Positions 7,904 through 16,382 of a stretch of 57,335 nt of DNA are shown piece by piece. Position numbers and translations under genes: made by a program. Numbering within the stretch: the first letter of the stretch is position 1; each line of letters starts with the position of its first letter. The stretch is from NCBI GenBank assembly GCA_001817495.1, contig MHIL01000023.1, forward strand, positions 1 to 57,335. The letters run 5' to 3'. The notes under the pieces are model-generated. The model was not told the origin of the DNA. It did not search any database and saw only the letters and a program-made list of their open reading frames with translations. The stretch is from Candidatus Buchananbacteria bacterium RIFCSPHIGHO2_02_FULL_56_16. GTDB taxonomy: Bacteria > Patescibacteriota > Patescibacteriia > Buchananbacterales > UBA6539.

Positions 7904-9739
7904 TCAGTTGTTGCCGTGATACTTTCGTTTCGTGTTGACGTACCAATCTTCAATGTTGTTGAAGCGGTCGGCGGGGAGAATAATTCGATGGACGTCGAGC
8001 CCTTTAATTTTTTGATCGGCGACGTAGGTGTAGGTCGGGTTGTAGAGGAAGATGGCCGGCAGGTCGGCAAGGATCGTTTCCTCGAACGTCCGGTACAGCG
8101 GCTGGCGGGCGGCCTCATCGGCGGCTTTGCGCGCATCCTCCAGCGCCTTATCAACGTTGCGGTTGGCGTACAGCGCCAGGTTCAAGCCGGGATCCTGGAC
8201 CTGCGAGGAGTGCCAGAACGGGAAGGGGTCGGGATTTGAGCCGACGATGATGCCGAAGAGCAGCGCCTCGTAGCGGCGCGGCTTGATGACGTCGCGGCTG
8301 ATTCGGCCGCCGCTGATGATCTCGAGTTCAACCTTGACGCCGACCGCCCGCCAGAAATCTGAAACCAGTTCCGCTGCCTTGACGTTCTCCGACTGATCGA
8401 CGGTGGTCAGCTTGACAGTTAAAATCTTTTCTCCCTGCTGGCGGTAGAACGCTTGAGTCGGCTCGCCACGCTTCGCGGGCGAAGCGGGCTGGTCGTCACC
8501 GACCAGCTTCGCAGTATCAGTCGTCGTCGCCTGGCTCGCCGTTGTCGCTTCGGTCGTCGTCGCAGTCTCGGTTTGACGGGCGAGCCAGTCAGCGTACTCT
8601 AGGGGCGTGATTTGCTTCCAGCCGGCCTGATCGAGCAGCGCGCTGGCTTGGGTGGGGTCGTAGGCAATCTTTGGCAGATTGTTTCCGGCGTCGGTCGAGC
8701 CCGGCAGGATCGGTCCGTCAATGATTTCACCTTCGAGCTGGAGCGCCTGGGAGAGAATCGCCGGTTTGTCGATCGCCAGCGCCAGCGCCTGGCGGACGTC
8801 TTTGGTGGCGAGCGACTCGTTCTCTTTTTGGTTGAAAAAAACCGCGGTGTACTGGGGGAGTGCGAGCGAGTACTGGTTGAGGTTCTTGAGTCCCGCCAGG
8901 TCTTTCTTGAGATCTTTGGGCAGAAAGCTCAAGCCCTCGATTGAATTATTTTTTAAGGCTTGGATGCCGGTTTGAAAATCGGGGTAAAACTTGAAGGTGA
9001 GTTTTTCGAGAAAGGGTTTGGATCCGTAGTAGTACGGGTTAGGTACCAGGGTGTACGATCTGATGTTACCGAGCCGGTCTTTGGTCAGCGACTTAAATTG
9101 CCAGGGTCCGGCGCCGACTGGCCGGAGGTTATACTCGGTCAGGTTGGCGTTGACCGGCGGAATTTCACCCCAGATATGTTCAGGCAACAAGCCGAAGGTC
9201 ATCACCTCCAAAAAATCGGGGTACGCTTCCGGCAGGCTGAAGCTGACCGTCCGGTCGTCAATTTTCTTAACCTCGACGCCCCGCAGGCTCACCAGGAGCG
9301 GACTCTTGAAGTCGGGGTCCTGGATGCTCTTGACCGTGAACACGACATCGTCGGCGGTGAGGGGCTGGCCATCGTGCCAGCGCAGGTTTTCCCGCAAGAC
9401 GAAGGTGTAGGTCGTCTGAGCTTCATCAATTTCCCAGCGCTCGGCCAGGTCCGGCGCGAGCTCGAGGCTCTTATCGTAGGCGACCAGACCCGAGAAGATG
9501 AGCCGGGCGAGGTCCGAATCAACGTCGTTGGTTTGCGAGAGGAGGGGATTGGCGTACTGCGGCGCGCCGATCAACCCTTCGGTGTACTCGCCGCCGGCGA
9601 CCGGCACGGGAATAAAGTTCTGCAGGTAGAAGCTACCGGCGATAAAAATCAACGAGCCGACCAGCGCCGCCATCGCTCCTCGAAACAGCCGCCGTTCCTT
9701 GGTTGAGAGGACTTTGGGCAGATGCTTGAGTTGCCGCAA
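7904..9739 (-). CDS. Membrane-anchored ABC-transporter family-5 (peptide/nickel, OppA/DppA-like) solute-binding protein; start codon uncertain
   Basis: It has an N-terminal TM anchor followed by a typical SBP_bac_5 layout (..LRWHDGQPLTADDVVFT.., ..NPYYYG.KP.L..). No permease or ATPase gene is adjacent. Confidence 0.75.
   Translation of the reverse strand: MRQLKHLPKVLSTKERRLFRGAMAALVGSLIFIAGSFYLQNFIPVPVAGGEYTEGLIGAPQYANPLLSQTNDVDSDLARLIFSGLVAYDKSLELAPDLAERWEIDEAQTTYTFVLRENLRWHDGQPLTADDVVFTVKSIQDPDFKSPLLVSLRGVEVKKIDDRTVSFSLPEAYPDFLEVMTFGLLPEHIWGEIPPVNANLTEYNLRPVGAGPWQFKSLTKDRLGNIRSYTLVPNPYYYGSKPFLEKLTFKFYPDFQTGIQALKNNSIEGLSFLPKDLKKDLAGLKNLNQYSLALPQYTAVFFNQKENESLATKDVRQALALAIDKPAILSQALQLEGEIIDGPILPGSTDAGNNLPKIAYDPTQASALLDQAGWKQITPLEYADWLARQTETATTTEATTASQATTTDTAKLVGDDQPASPAKRGEPTQAFYRQQGEKILTVKLTTVDQSENVKAAELVSDFWRAVGVKVELEIISGGRISRDVIKPRRYEALLFGIIVGSNPDPFPFWHSSQVQDPGLNLALYANRNVDKALEDARKAADEAARQPLYRTFEETILADLPAIFLYNPTYTYVADQKIKGLDVHRIILPADRFNNIEDWYVNTKRKYHGNN
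8460..8489. repeat. 30-nt in-frame palindromic element (copy in the solute-binding protein gene)
   Basis: The sequence is ggctcgccacgcttcg-cggg-cgaagcgggc, read as [10 protein letters not shown] inside a Thr/Ala-rich insertion. Confidence 0.85.
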
Positions 9740-9939
9740 CGTCGGCAGCTTACGCGGATTGAGGGCGTGGACCAGCTTGCGGTCGAGCTCATTCTGCTCT
9801 TTGACATCGGTTTTTGTTTCTGACTTCCGCCACGATTTTAATGTAGGCCAAGAGAAGTTGATATGCTTGGTACGTTAATCATCAACCAGTGATGAAACCC
9901 AATCCGGCCCTCGACGCGTCCGGTGCGGTGCGGGGCAGG

Positions 9940-10149
9940 TTAGCTCACCGCGTTGATGAACGCGATGACGAGAAAGATGGCCGAGAGGCCGATGGTGGCG
10001 ATGAAGAGGGTTTTTTCTACCCCTCGTTTGGTGTGGTAGATGTTGCCACTGCCACCAAAAGCAGCGCCGAGTCCGGCGCCCCGATTTTGGAGGAGAATCG
10101 TTGTGACGAGGAGAACCGCGATGATAAGTTGGACAATATCTAACAGCAT
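9940..10149 (-). CDS. secG: Preprotein translocase subunit SecG
   Basis: It is a small two-TM protein with the LLQ..G.GLG.AFGG motif. I prefer the ATG at 10149 over the CTG at 10173. Confidence 0.8.
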   Translation of the reverse strand: MLLDIVQLIIAVLLVTTILLQNRGAGLGAAFGGSGNIYHTKRGVEKTLFIATIGLSAIFLVIAFINAVS

Positions 10150-10209
10150 ACAAGGATGATTACAGGATAGCAAAAAAAAGCTCCGCTGTCAACTCTGTGT
10201 ATTCCCTCC

Positions 10210-10368
10210 TCAATCCTTGCGGCCTTTCCGGGTGATGATGCGCTGGAGCTCAAAGACTCGTTTACCGCTGACACGCATCGGCCGGCGGGTGCGTTTGGTG
10301 CGGCGATCGGCTCGTTTTACCGCGAGCTGTTCGGCGCGTTCTTCGAGCGTCAGTCGGGTGGTTGCCAT
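10210..10368 (-). CDS. Possible 52-aa highly basic small protein, below the ORF-track length cutoff
   Basis: My translation gives ATG..TGA encoding MATTRLTLEERAEQLAVKRADRRTKRTRRPMRVSGKRVFELQRIITRKGRKD. Its third-codon positions are G/C-rich like the neighbouring genes, unlike the overlapping plus-strand ORF 10217-10408. Confidence 0.3.
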   Translation of the reverse strand: MATTRLTLEERAEQLAVKRADRRTKRTRRPMRVSGKRVFELQRIITRKGRKD

Positions 10369-10397
10369 AGGCCGTCAGCGTCTGCTCCCGGTTAATC

Positions 10398-10422
10398 ACT
10401 ATCACTGATAGTATGGTATAAT
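10398..10422 (+). promoter_or_regulatory. Extended -10 promoter (TGgTATAAT) preceded by a 15-bp perfect palindrome with tetO-like half-sites
   Basis: The palindrome actatcaCtgatagt spans 10398-10412. TGgTATAAT spans 10414-10422, 12 nt upstream of the dsbA-like ATG. Confidence 0.4.
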
Positions 10423-10434
10423 GAAAGGGAACCT

Positions 10435-11202
10435 ATGTATAGTCCCGATACCAATCCCGACGTTTCTGAATTACCATTCTTTGAGCGGGGTACGCCGGGT
10501 CGGAAACGCTGGTACCACCGCTGGTGGGGCAAGCTGCTGCTGCTCGCGCTCGCCCTCGGGTTGGTCGTCGCGGTGGCGTTTGGCATCTACGTGCTGCGGG
10601 TGAGCTCCCTGATTCGCAGCGGTCAGCTCGACCCGCAGTCGTTTCTTAACCAGCCGGCGTCCGGCAGCCAGCCGGCGGCTGATCGTTCAAGTCTGGCTAC
10701 CGATGACGACCCGAGCGTGGGGCCGGCCGGCGCCGCGGTCGTTATCGTCGAGTTCAGCGACTTTGAGTGTCCGTATTGCGGCCAAGTCTACCCGGTCGTC
10801 AAGCAGCTGATTCGCGACTACGGTGACCGCGTGCGCTTCATCTACCGCGACTTCCCGCTGGTTGACACTCACCCCCGGGCGCTGCCGGCGGCGCTGGCGG
10901 CCAACTGTGCCTTTGAGCAGGGAAAATTTTGGGAGATGCACGATAAAATTTTTGAGAATCAGGCCGCCCTCGAGGAAGCTGACCTCAAGCGCTACGCCAT
11001 CCAGATTGGTTTGAACAGCGTGGCGTTCGGCGGCTGCTTGAGCTCGGGTAAGTATGTGAAAGAAATTGAAGATGACTACAACGCCGGCATCGAAGCCGGA
11101 GTCGAGGCGACGCCTACATTCTTCGTGAACGGCACACTCGTGCGCGGCGCGGTGCCCTACGAGGCGCTACAGCAGCTGATCGTCGCCGAGCTCAATCGTT
11201 AG
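10435..11202 (+). CDS. Membrane-anchored DsbA-family thiol:disulfide oxidoreductase
   Basis: It has an N-terminal TM segment and a thioredoxin fold with a CPYC active site (FSDFECPYCG). Confidence 0.8.
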   Translation: MYSPDTNPDVSELPFFERGTPGRKRWYHRWWGKLLLLALALGLVVAVAFGIYVLRVSSLIRSGQLDPQSFLNQPASGSQPAADRSSLATDDDPSVGPAGAAVVIVEFSDFECPYCGQVYPVVKQLIRDYGDRVRFIYRDFPLVDTHPRALPAALAANCAFEQGKFWEMHDKIFENQAALEEADLKRYAIQIGLNSVAFGGCLSSGKYVKEIEDDYNAGIEAGVEATPTFFVNGTLVRGAVPYEALQQLIVAELNR

Positions 11203-11211
11203 GTTCGCGCT

Positions 11212-12063
11212 ATGAATCAACCTCGTTTCTATATCCTCTTTCTCCTCCTCGTGGCGTTGTCTGCTGCTGGTCCAGCCGTTGTCTGGGCAGCCGATGGCAG
11301 CTCGGCGCCCAATCTGGCGCCGGAGCTCCAGATCAAGATTGGCGACTTTGGCCAAGCGTCCGATTTTCAGGCCGGCTATGGGGTGGGATCGTGCCCACCC
11401 GAAAAGAGCCAGTATGGGAAATGCCTGGAGGTACCCTGGATCAGCCAGTACATCGGCGCCCTCTACCGCTACGGCGTGGCTTTGGCCGCAGCCTTGGCGA
11501 TGCTGATGATCACCATTGGCGGCGCCATCTGGCTGACCGCCGGCGGCAGTTCAGAACGAGTCTCGACCGCCAAGAGCTTCATCATTTCGGCGATCTCCGG
11601 TCTCATGCTGGCGCTGTTCTCCTACGTTATTCTCTACACCGTCAACCCCCGCCTGGTGGCGCTTGAGCCGTTGAGCGTGCCGGTGGTCAGCGATGTGCCA
11701 GAACCAAAACTAAGTGAAAAAACTACCAGCCAGTACACTCAGGCTAAGTATCACTGCTTATTTAACGGCGAGTGCCTTCAATCGTCAGAGAAGCAGGAAT
11801 GCGAATCCATGGGCGGACAGTTCGTTGACGATAGTAACTACGAGGCGATGTGCGGTATAAGGGAGTCGTGCGCGTGCTACCAATATGAAGTCAATGAAGG
11901 CACTCCTTTAGGCAGGCTGTATACCTGCGGCGAGCATCCTAAAGGCGTGGATTGGTTTCTTTGCAAAGAAAAACCTTTTTCCAAAGTTCGTTGCTTTAAG
12001 CAGCCAGTACTCTGCTCTGATGTTCCTGACACGCGGAATAATATTTACTGGGGTGACCCTTAA
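11212..12063 (+). CDS. T4SS pilin-like (TrbC/VirB2-type) protein with a Cys-rich C-terminal domain
   Basis: It has a signal peptide followed by a two-TM hairpin core (YIGALYRYGVALAAALAMLMITIGGAIWLTAGGSSERVSTAKSFIISAISGLMLALFSYVILYTVNP). The core is nearly identical to that of the next gene. Confidence 0.55.
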   Translation: MNQPRFYILFLLLVALSAAGPAVVWAADGSSAPNLAPELQIKIGDFGQASDFQAGYGVGSCPPEKSQYGKCLEVPWISQYIGALYRYGVALAAALAMLMITIGGAIWLTAGGSSERVSTAKSFIISAISGLMLALFSYVILYTVNPRLVALEPLSVPVVSDVPEPKLSEKTTSQYTQAKYHCLFNGECLQSSEKQECESMGGQFVDDSNYEAMCGIRESCACYQYEVNEGTPLGRLYTCGEHPKGVDWFLCKEKPFSKVRCFKQPVLCSDVPDTRNNIYWGDP

Positions 12064-12067
12064 AACC

Positions 12068-13150
12068 ATGCAAGAAAAATTTTTACCGTTCGTGGGGGTT
12101 GTTACTGTCTTATTCTTTTTATCCCCCGTACTCGTCGGCGCTGCGGACACTCCCCAGCTGAACGTGAAGATTGGTAATACGGGTGCATCGGCGATCTTTA
12201 AGGCCGTCAGCTGCACGGGGGGGTACTGCACCATCGGCTGGATCGGTGACTACATCGGGGCGGTTTACCGCTATGGCGTAGCGTTGGCCGCCGCCCTCGC
12301 GATGCTGATGATCACCATCGGCGGCGCCGTCTGGCTGACCGCCGGCGGCAGCCCCGAGCGGGTCTCGACCGCCAAGAGCTTCATCATCTCGGCGGTGGTG
12401 GGACTGGTGATAGCGCTTTTTTCATACAACATCCTCTACACGGTAAATCCGGCGCTGACCGAGCTTAAGCCGCTGAAGATTCCGGAAGTAGAAAACATCC
12501 GCCTCGCCCAGGCCGGTGACCCGAGCACTGATGCGCTGGTCGGTAAGATTGCGTGTGAGACGTCAACTCGCACCATCTCATATGATTCCGTTGGGTTGCC
12601 GCAGCAAACCCCCGATGTACTGGCTGATGATCTGTCACCGCTGCCAACGCTCGAGGAAACAAATCTTGCGCCGTCTCGGCTGGGAGCGTTAGCGGTTCCT
12701 TCGGGCTGCCGTGATTATAATTTCGATGGCTACGGCGTGGACTCCCGAATTTTGCGGGCGATTGCCTCAACTGAATCTGGTTGTAATCCCAGTGCCCGAG
12801 GTGAAGATGGAGAATGTGGCATGATGCAGATGTTGCCAACGACTGCCGACCGCGATTGTGATTATTTACTTGATCATCCCCAAGAAAGTATTGAACTAGC
12901 CGCTAGGTATATCCAACAGAATGAGGCGTTTCATGAGGGAAACATTTCTCACATTTTGGCTGGCTATAACGGTGGTTACGGCACTACGCCGAGAAATGGT
13001 AAAAGGCCGCCCCTGGCTCCCAGTGTCGATTGTCCTGGCTTCAGAGCTTATGAGTGTTGTATTAATCCTGGTGGTTTAGAAAGCAATCAAGGTTATGTAA
13101 TTCGGGCGATGCGCTACTACCAGGGGGCGCAGGACAACCAGTACCAGTAG
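12068..13150 (+). CDS. T4SS pilin-like core fused to a lytic transglycosylase (SLT, VirB1-like) domain
   Basis: The pilin core is the same as in 11212-12063. The C-terminus carries SLT motifs (IASTESGCNP....GECGMMQM..TTA ... YNGG). I chose the ATG at 12068 to avoid the 44-nt overlap of the ORF-track start. Confidence 0.6.
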   Translation: MQEKFLPFVGVVTVLFFLSPVLVGAADTPQLNVKIGNTGASAIFKAVSCTGGYCTIGWIGDYIGAVYRYGVALAAALAMLMITIGGAVWLTAGGSPERVSTAKSFIISAVVGLVIALFSYNILYTVNPALTELKPLKIPEVENIRLAQAGDPSTDALVGKIACETSTRTISYDSVGLPQQTPDVLADDLSPLPTLEETNLAPSRLGALAVPSGCRDYNFDGYGVDSRILRAIASTESGCNPSARGEDGECGMMQMLPTTADRDCDYLLDHPQESIELAARYIQQNEAFHEGNISHILAGYNGGYGTTPRNGKRPPLAPSVDCPGFRAYECCINPGGLESNQGYVIRAMRYYQGAQDNQYQ

Positions 13151-13197
13151 GTTTTTAAAACCCTGTTTTCAAATGTCATTACAGAGTTAGCAAGTTT

Positions 13198-13261
13198 GTA
13201 GTCAGTAGTCTGTAGTCGGTAGTAAATTGTTAATCCTCTACTGACTACTTACTATAGACTA
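13198..13261. repeat. Intergenic hairpin, word family 1
   Basis: gtagtcagtag (13198-13208) pairs with ctactgactac (13238-13248). Confidence 0.65.
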
Positions 13262-13292
13262 AAAGCTGCAAGCTTTCCATTACTACTTACAT

Positions 13293-13316
13293 CCCGATGC
13301 ACCCCATCGGGTTTTA
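13293..13316 (+). terminator. Rho-independent terminator after the pilin operon
   Basis: The hairpin cccgatg-caccc-catcggg is followed by TTTT. Confidence 0.6.
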
Positions 13317-13326
13317 TCATGTGTGC

Positions 13327-13355
13327 TTGACGGTTTGCCGCAAGCAGTGTATCAT
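13327..13355 (+). promoter_or_regulatory. Candidate sigma70-type promoter for uvrA
   Basis: TTGACG (13327-13332) is separated by 17 nt from TATCAT (13350-13355). Confidence 0.4.
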
Positions 13356-13372
13356 GTATCCGTTTACAACTG

Positions 13373-16222
13373 ATGGTACCCATGGCCAGTAAAACGATAA
13401 AAATTCGCGGCGCGCGCGTCCACAATTTGAAAAACATTGACGTTGAGATTCCCCGCGATAAGCTGGTGGTCATCACGGGTATTTCCGGTTCCGGCAAGTC
13501 GTCACTGGCGTTTGACACCATCTACGCCGAAGGCCAGCGCCGGTACGTGGAGTCACTGTCCACCTACGCCCGGCAATTTTTAGGACTGATGGATAAGCCG
13601 GAGGTCGACTCGATTGAGGGTCTGTCTCCGGCGATTTCAATTGACCAACGGTCGGGTTCGAACAACCCCCGCTCGACGGTTGGTACGATTACCGAAATCT
13701 ATGACCACCTTCGCCTGCTGTTCGCCCGGATCGGCCGCATGCACTGCTACCGCTGCGGCAAGGCGGTGAGCCGCCAGCGCACCAGCGAGATTATCGAGCA
13801 CATTGCCGCGCTCAAGGACCGGGCGAAAACCGTGCTGGCGCCGGTGGTGATGAACCAAAAAGGGGAGCATAAGAAAGTCCTCTCCGAAATCAAGAACGCG
13901 AGTTTTTTACAGGTGCGGATCGACGGTCAGTTTCACCACCTGGCGGATCTGCCGTCGGGCGGACTCGACGCCAAGTCTGCCCACCGGATTGAGGTGGTAG
14001 TTGGTCAGGTTACGGCCCAGCGCGACGCCCTCTCGCGGCTGGTGGAACTCGCGCTCGATCTGGGTAACGGCCAGCTCATCGTTTTGGATACCGCCGGCCG
14101 GGAGAGACAGTTTTCCCAGTACTACCATTGCCCCGACTGCGGCATTGACCTGCCCAACGTTGAACCCCGTAACTTTTCCTTCAACAGCCCGGCCGGCGCT
14201 TGCCCCAAGTGTCTGGGCCTGGGCACGCGCCTCGAGGTTGATTCAAGCCTCGTCATTCCCAACCGTAAGCTGACCCTGGCCCAGGGGGCGATCAAGCCCC
14301 TCGCGCGCAATTTTTCCAACCAGAACCAGTACTGGCAGCTGCTCAAGGCCGTCGCCGCCAGCCACCACATTTTACTCGACGTGCCGGTCGGTGAACTGTC
14401 CGATCAGACGCTGGGGCTGATCTTAAACGGCACCGGCGGCACCACCTACGCGGTCGGCGCGACCAAGGCGACGTTTCCCGGCGTGATTGTGATCCTTGAA
14501 CAAAAGCACCAGGAAACAACCTCGGACTACCTCCGCCAGGAGATCGAGCAGTACATGCGCGTCCTGACCTGTCCCGCCTGCCAGGGCAAACGGCTCAAGC
14601 CTGAATCGCTCTCGGTAACGCTGGGCGGGCGCACCATCGCCGACATCACCGCTCAAACCATTGATCAGGCGGTACTATTTTTTAAAAATTTAAGCAAGCC
14701 CACTACTGCCAGCGACGGGCTGACCAGCCGCGAACAAAAAATCGCCAGCCTGGCGCTCAAAGAGATTGGCGCCCGGCTGGCCTACCTGCAGAACGTAGGC
14801 CTCGGCTACCTCACGCTCGACCGCAGCTCGACGACGCTGGCCGGCGGCGAGGCCCAGCGGATCCGCCTCGCCACCCAGCTGGGGCTGTCGCTCACCGGTA
14901 TCGTCTACATTTTGGATGAACCGTCAATCGGGCTGCACCAGCGCGATAACCAGAAGCTGATTGACACCCTGAAGTACCTGCGCGACCTGGGTAACACCGT
15001 GATCGTGGTTGAGCACGACGAGCTGACCATGGAAGCCGCCGACGAGCTGATTGACATCGGCCCGGGCGCCGGCGAGACGGGCGGCCGGGTGGTGGCCCAG
15101 GGCACGCCGGCAGAAATCAAGAAAGACAAGAAATCGCTGACCGGCAAGTACCTCTCCGGCGCGCTGCGGATCGAGCCGCCCAAACAGTACCGGCCGGGCA
15201 ACGGCCGGGCGCTCGAGGTGCTCGGCGCTTCCGAATTCAACTTAAAAAATGTTGACGTCAAGATTCCGCTGGGCCGGTTCATCTGCCTGACTGGCGTTTC
15301 CGGTTCGGGCAAGTCGACGCTCCTGGTCGATATTCTGGTCAAGGCGCTGGCCCAGAAATTTTACCGCGCCAAGGACCTGCCCGGCGCCCACCGCGAGATT
15401 CGGGGCAGTGAGCACATCGACAAGGTAATCGCCATTGACCAGTCGCCGATCGGCCGCACCCCGCGGTCAAACCCGGCGACCTATACCGGCGTCTTCACCT
15501 ACATCCGCGATTTGTTCGCCCAGACCAAAGAGGCGAAGATCCGCGGCTACAGCGTCGGTAAGTTCAGCTTCAACGCCAAGGAAGGCCGCTGCGAGACCTG
15601 CGGCGGCGAAGGCCTCGTCCGAATCGAGATGCAGTTTCTGCCTGACGTCTACGTGCCGTGCGAAGAGTGCCACGGCAGACGCTACAAGGCGGAGGTACTC
15701 GAGATTCACTACCAGGGCGCGAGCATCGCCGACGTGCTGGCGCTGTCGGTTGGGGAGGCGATGCGTTTCTTCCGCCAGCATCCCAACATTTACCATAAGC
15801 TCAAGACGCTTTACGGCGTGGGCCTGGGCTACGTCAAGCTCGGCCAGCCGGCGACGACGCTCTCCGGCGGCGAGGCCCAGCGGGTGAAGCTGGCCACCGA
15901 GCTCTCTCGCCGCTCAACCGGCAAGACGCTCTACGTGCTTGACGAGCCGACGACCGGCCTGCACTTCGAAGACATCAAGCGCTTGCTCGACGTGCTCAAC
16001 AAGCTGGTTGACAAGGGTAACACGGTTTTGATTATCGAGCATAACCTCGACGTGATTAAGTGCGCCGACTGGGTGATTGACCTGGGGCCGGAAGGCGGTG
16101 AAAAAGGCGGCACGATCGTCGCCCAGGGCACACCCCGGGAGATTACCGCCGCCGCTAAGAGCTACACCGGCAAGTACCTCAAAGCGGTCCTCGAGAAGCA
16201 CGAGAAGGCGGGTAAAAGCTAG
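13373..16222 (+). CDS. uvrA: Excinuclease ABC subunit A
   Basis: It has two ABC ATPase modules (GISGSGKSS and GVSGSGKST Walker A; LSGGEAQR signatures) and zinc-finger cysteines, in 949 aa. Confidence 0.97.
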   Translation: MVPMASKTIKIRGARVHNLKNIDVEIPRDKLVVITGISGSGKSSLAFDTIYAEGQRRYVESLSTYARQFLGLMDKPEVDSIEGLSPAISIDQRSGSNNPRSTVGTITEIYDHLRLLFARIGRMHCYRCGKAVSRQRTSEIIEHIAALKDRAKTVLAPVVMNQKGEHKKVLSEIKNASFLQVRIDGQFHHLADLPSGGLDAKSAHRIEVVVGQVTAQRDALSRLVELALDLGNGQLIVLDTAGRERQFSQYYHCPDCGIDLPNVEPRNFSFNSPAGACPKCLGLGTRLEVDSSLVIPNRKLTLAQGAIKPLARNFSNQNQYWQLLKAVAASHHILLDVPVGELSDQTLGLILNGTGGTTYAVGATKATFPGVIVILEQKHQETTSDYLRQEIEQYMRVLTCPACQGKRLKPESLSVTLGGRTIADITAQTIDQAVLFFKNLSKPTTASDGLTSREQKIASLALKEIGARLAYLQNVGLGYLTLDRSSTTLAGGEAQRIRLATQLGLSLTGIVYILDEPSIGLHQRDNQKLIDTLKYLRDLGNTVIVVEHDELTMEAADELIDIGPGAGETGGRVVAQGTPAEIKKDKKSLTGKYLSGALRIEPPKQYRPGNGRALEVLGASEFNLKNVDVKIPLGRFICLTGVSGSGKSTLLVDILVKALAQKFYRAKDLPGAHREIRGSEHIDKVIAIDQSPIGRTPRSNPATYTGVFTYIRDLFAQTKEAKIRGYSVGKFSFNAKEGRCETCGGEGLVRIEMQFLPDVYVPCEECHGRRYKAEVLEIHYQGASIADVLALSVGEAMRFFRQHPNIYHKLKTLYGVGLGYVKLGQPATTLSGGEAQRVKLATELSRRSTGKTLYVLDEPTTGLHFEDIKRLLDVLNKLVDKGNTVLIIEHNLDVIKCADWVIDLGPEGGEKGGTIVAQGTPREITAAAKSYTGKYLKAVLEKHEKAGKS

Positions 16223-16250
16223 CTTGGAGAGTCGCGGTGAGCGGTGTATA

Positions 16251-16294
16251 ATTAAGTAAAGTAAGAAGTAAGTAAATTAAGTGAGTAAGTAAAA
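16251..16294. repeat. Stop-codon-rich spacer, word family 2 (AAGTAAGTAAATTAAGT)
   Basis: The 15-mer GTAAGTAAATTAAGT at 16268-16282 is also present at 21263-21277 and 50910-50924. Confidence 0.7.
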
Positions 16295-16296
16295 GC

Positions 16297-16352
16297 GGGT
16301 AGGTTGGAGCCTCTGCTCCAACCGAGCCGAGAGCAGAGGCTCTCGGCTACCC
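16297..16352. repeat. Y-shaped two-hairpin element upstream of leuS
   Basis: The outer stem gggtag/ctaccc encloses gttggagc-ctct-gctccaac and ccgagagc-agag-gctctcgg. The second hairpin is shared with 5557-5579. Confidence 0.55.
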
Positions 16353-16382
16353 GTCTGTAGGTACAATCCATCAAACGTATAT

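Noticed and set aside
7615-7946. ORFs 7615-7881 (+) and 7647-7946 (-)
   Set aside because: Both overlap the hand-folded tRNA-Leu gene and the end of the solute-binding protein gene. Their translations are Arg/Pro/Gly-rich noise.
10217-10408. 63-aa plus-strand ORF between secG and the dsbA-like gene
   Set aside because: It uses a TTG start, has poor third-position GC bias and would run through the promoter/palindrome region. The opposite-strand 52-aa ORF is the more gene-like reading, though still uncertain.
16223-16382. T-box riboswitch upstream of leuS (and likewise upstream of trpS at 3218-3372)
   Set aside because: The structured parts are only ~56-90 nt. I could not find the conserved T-box sequence or a specifier-loop/antiterminator arrangement. 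They match the dispersed hairpin families instead.
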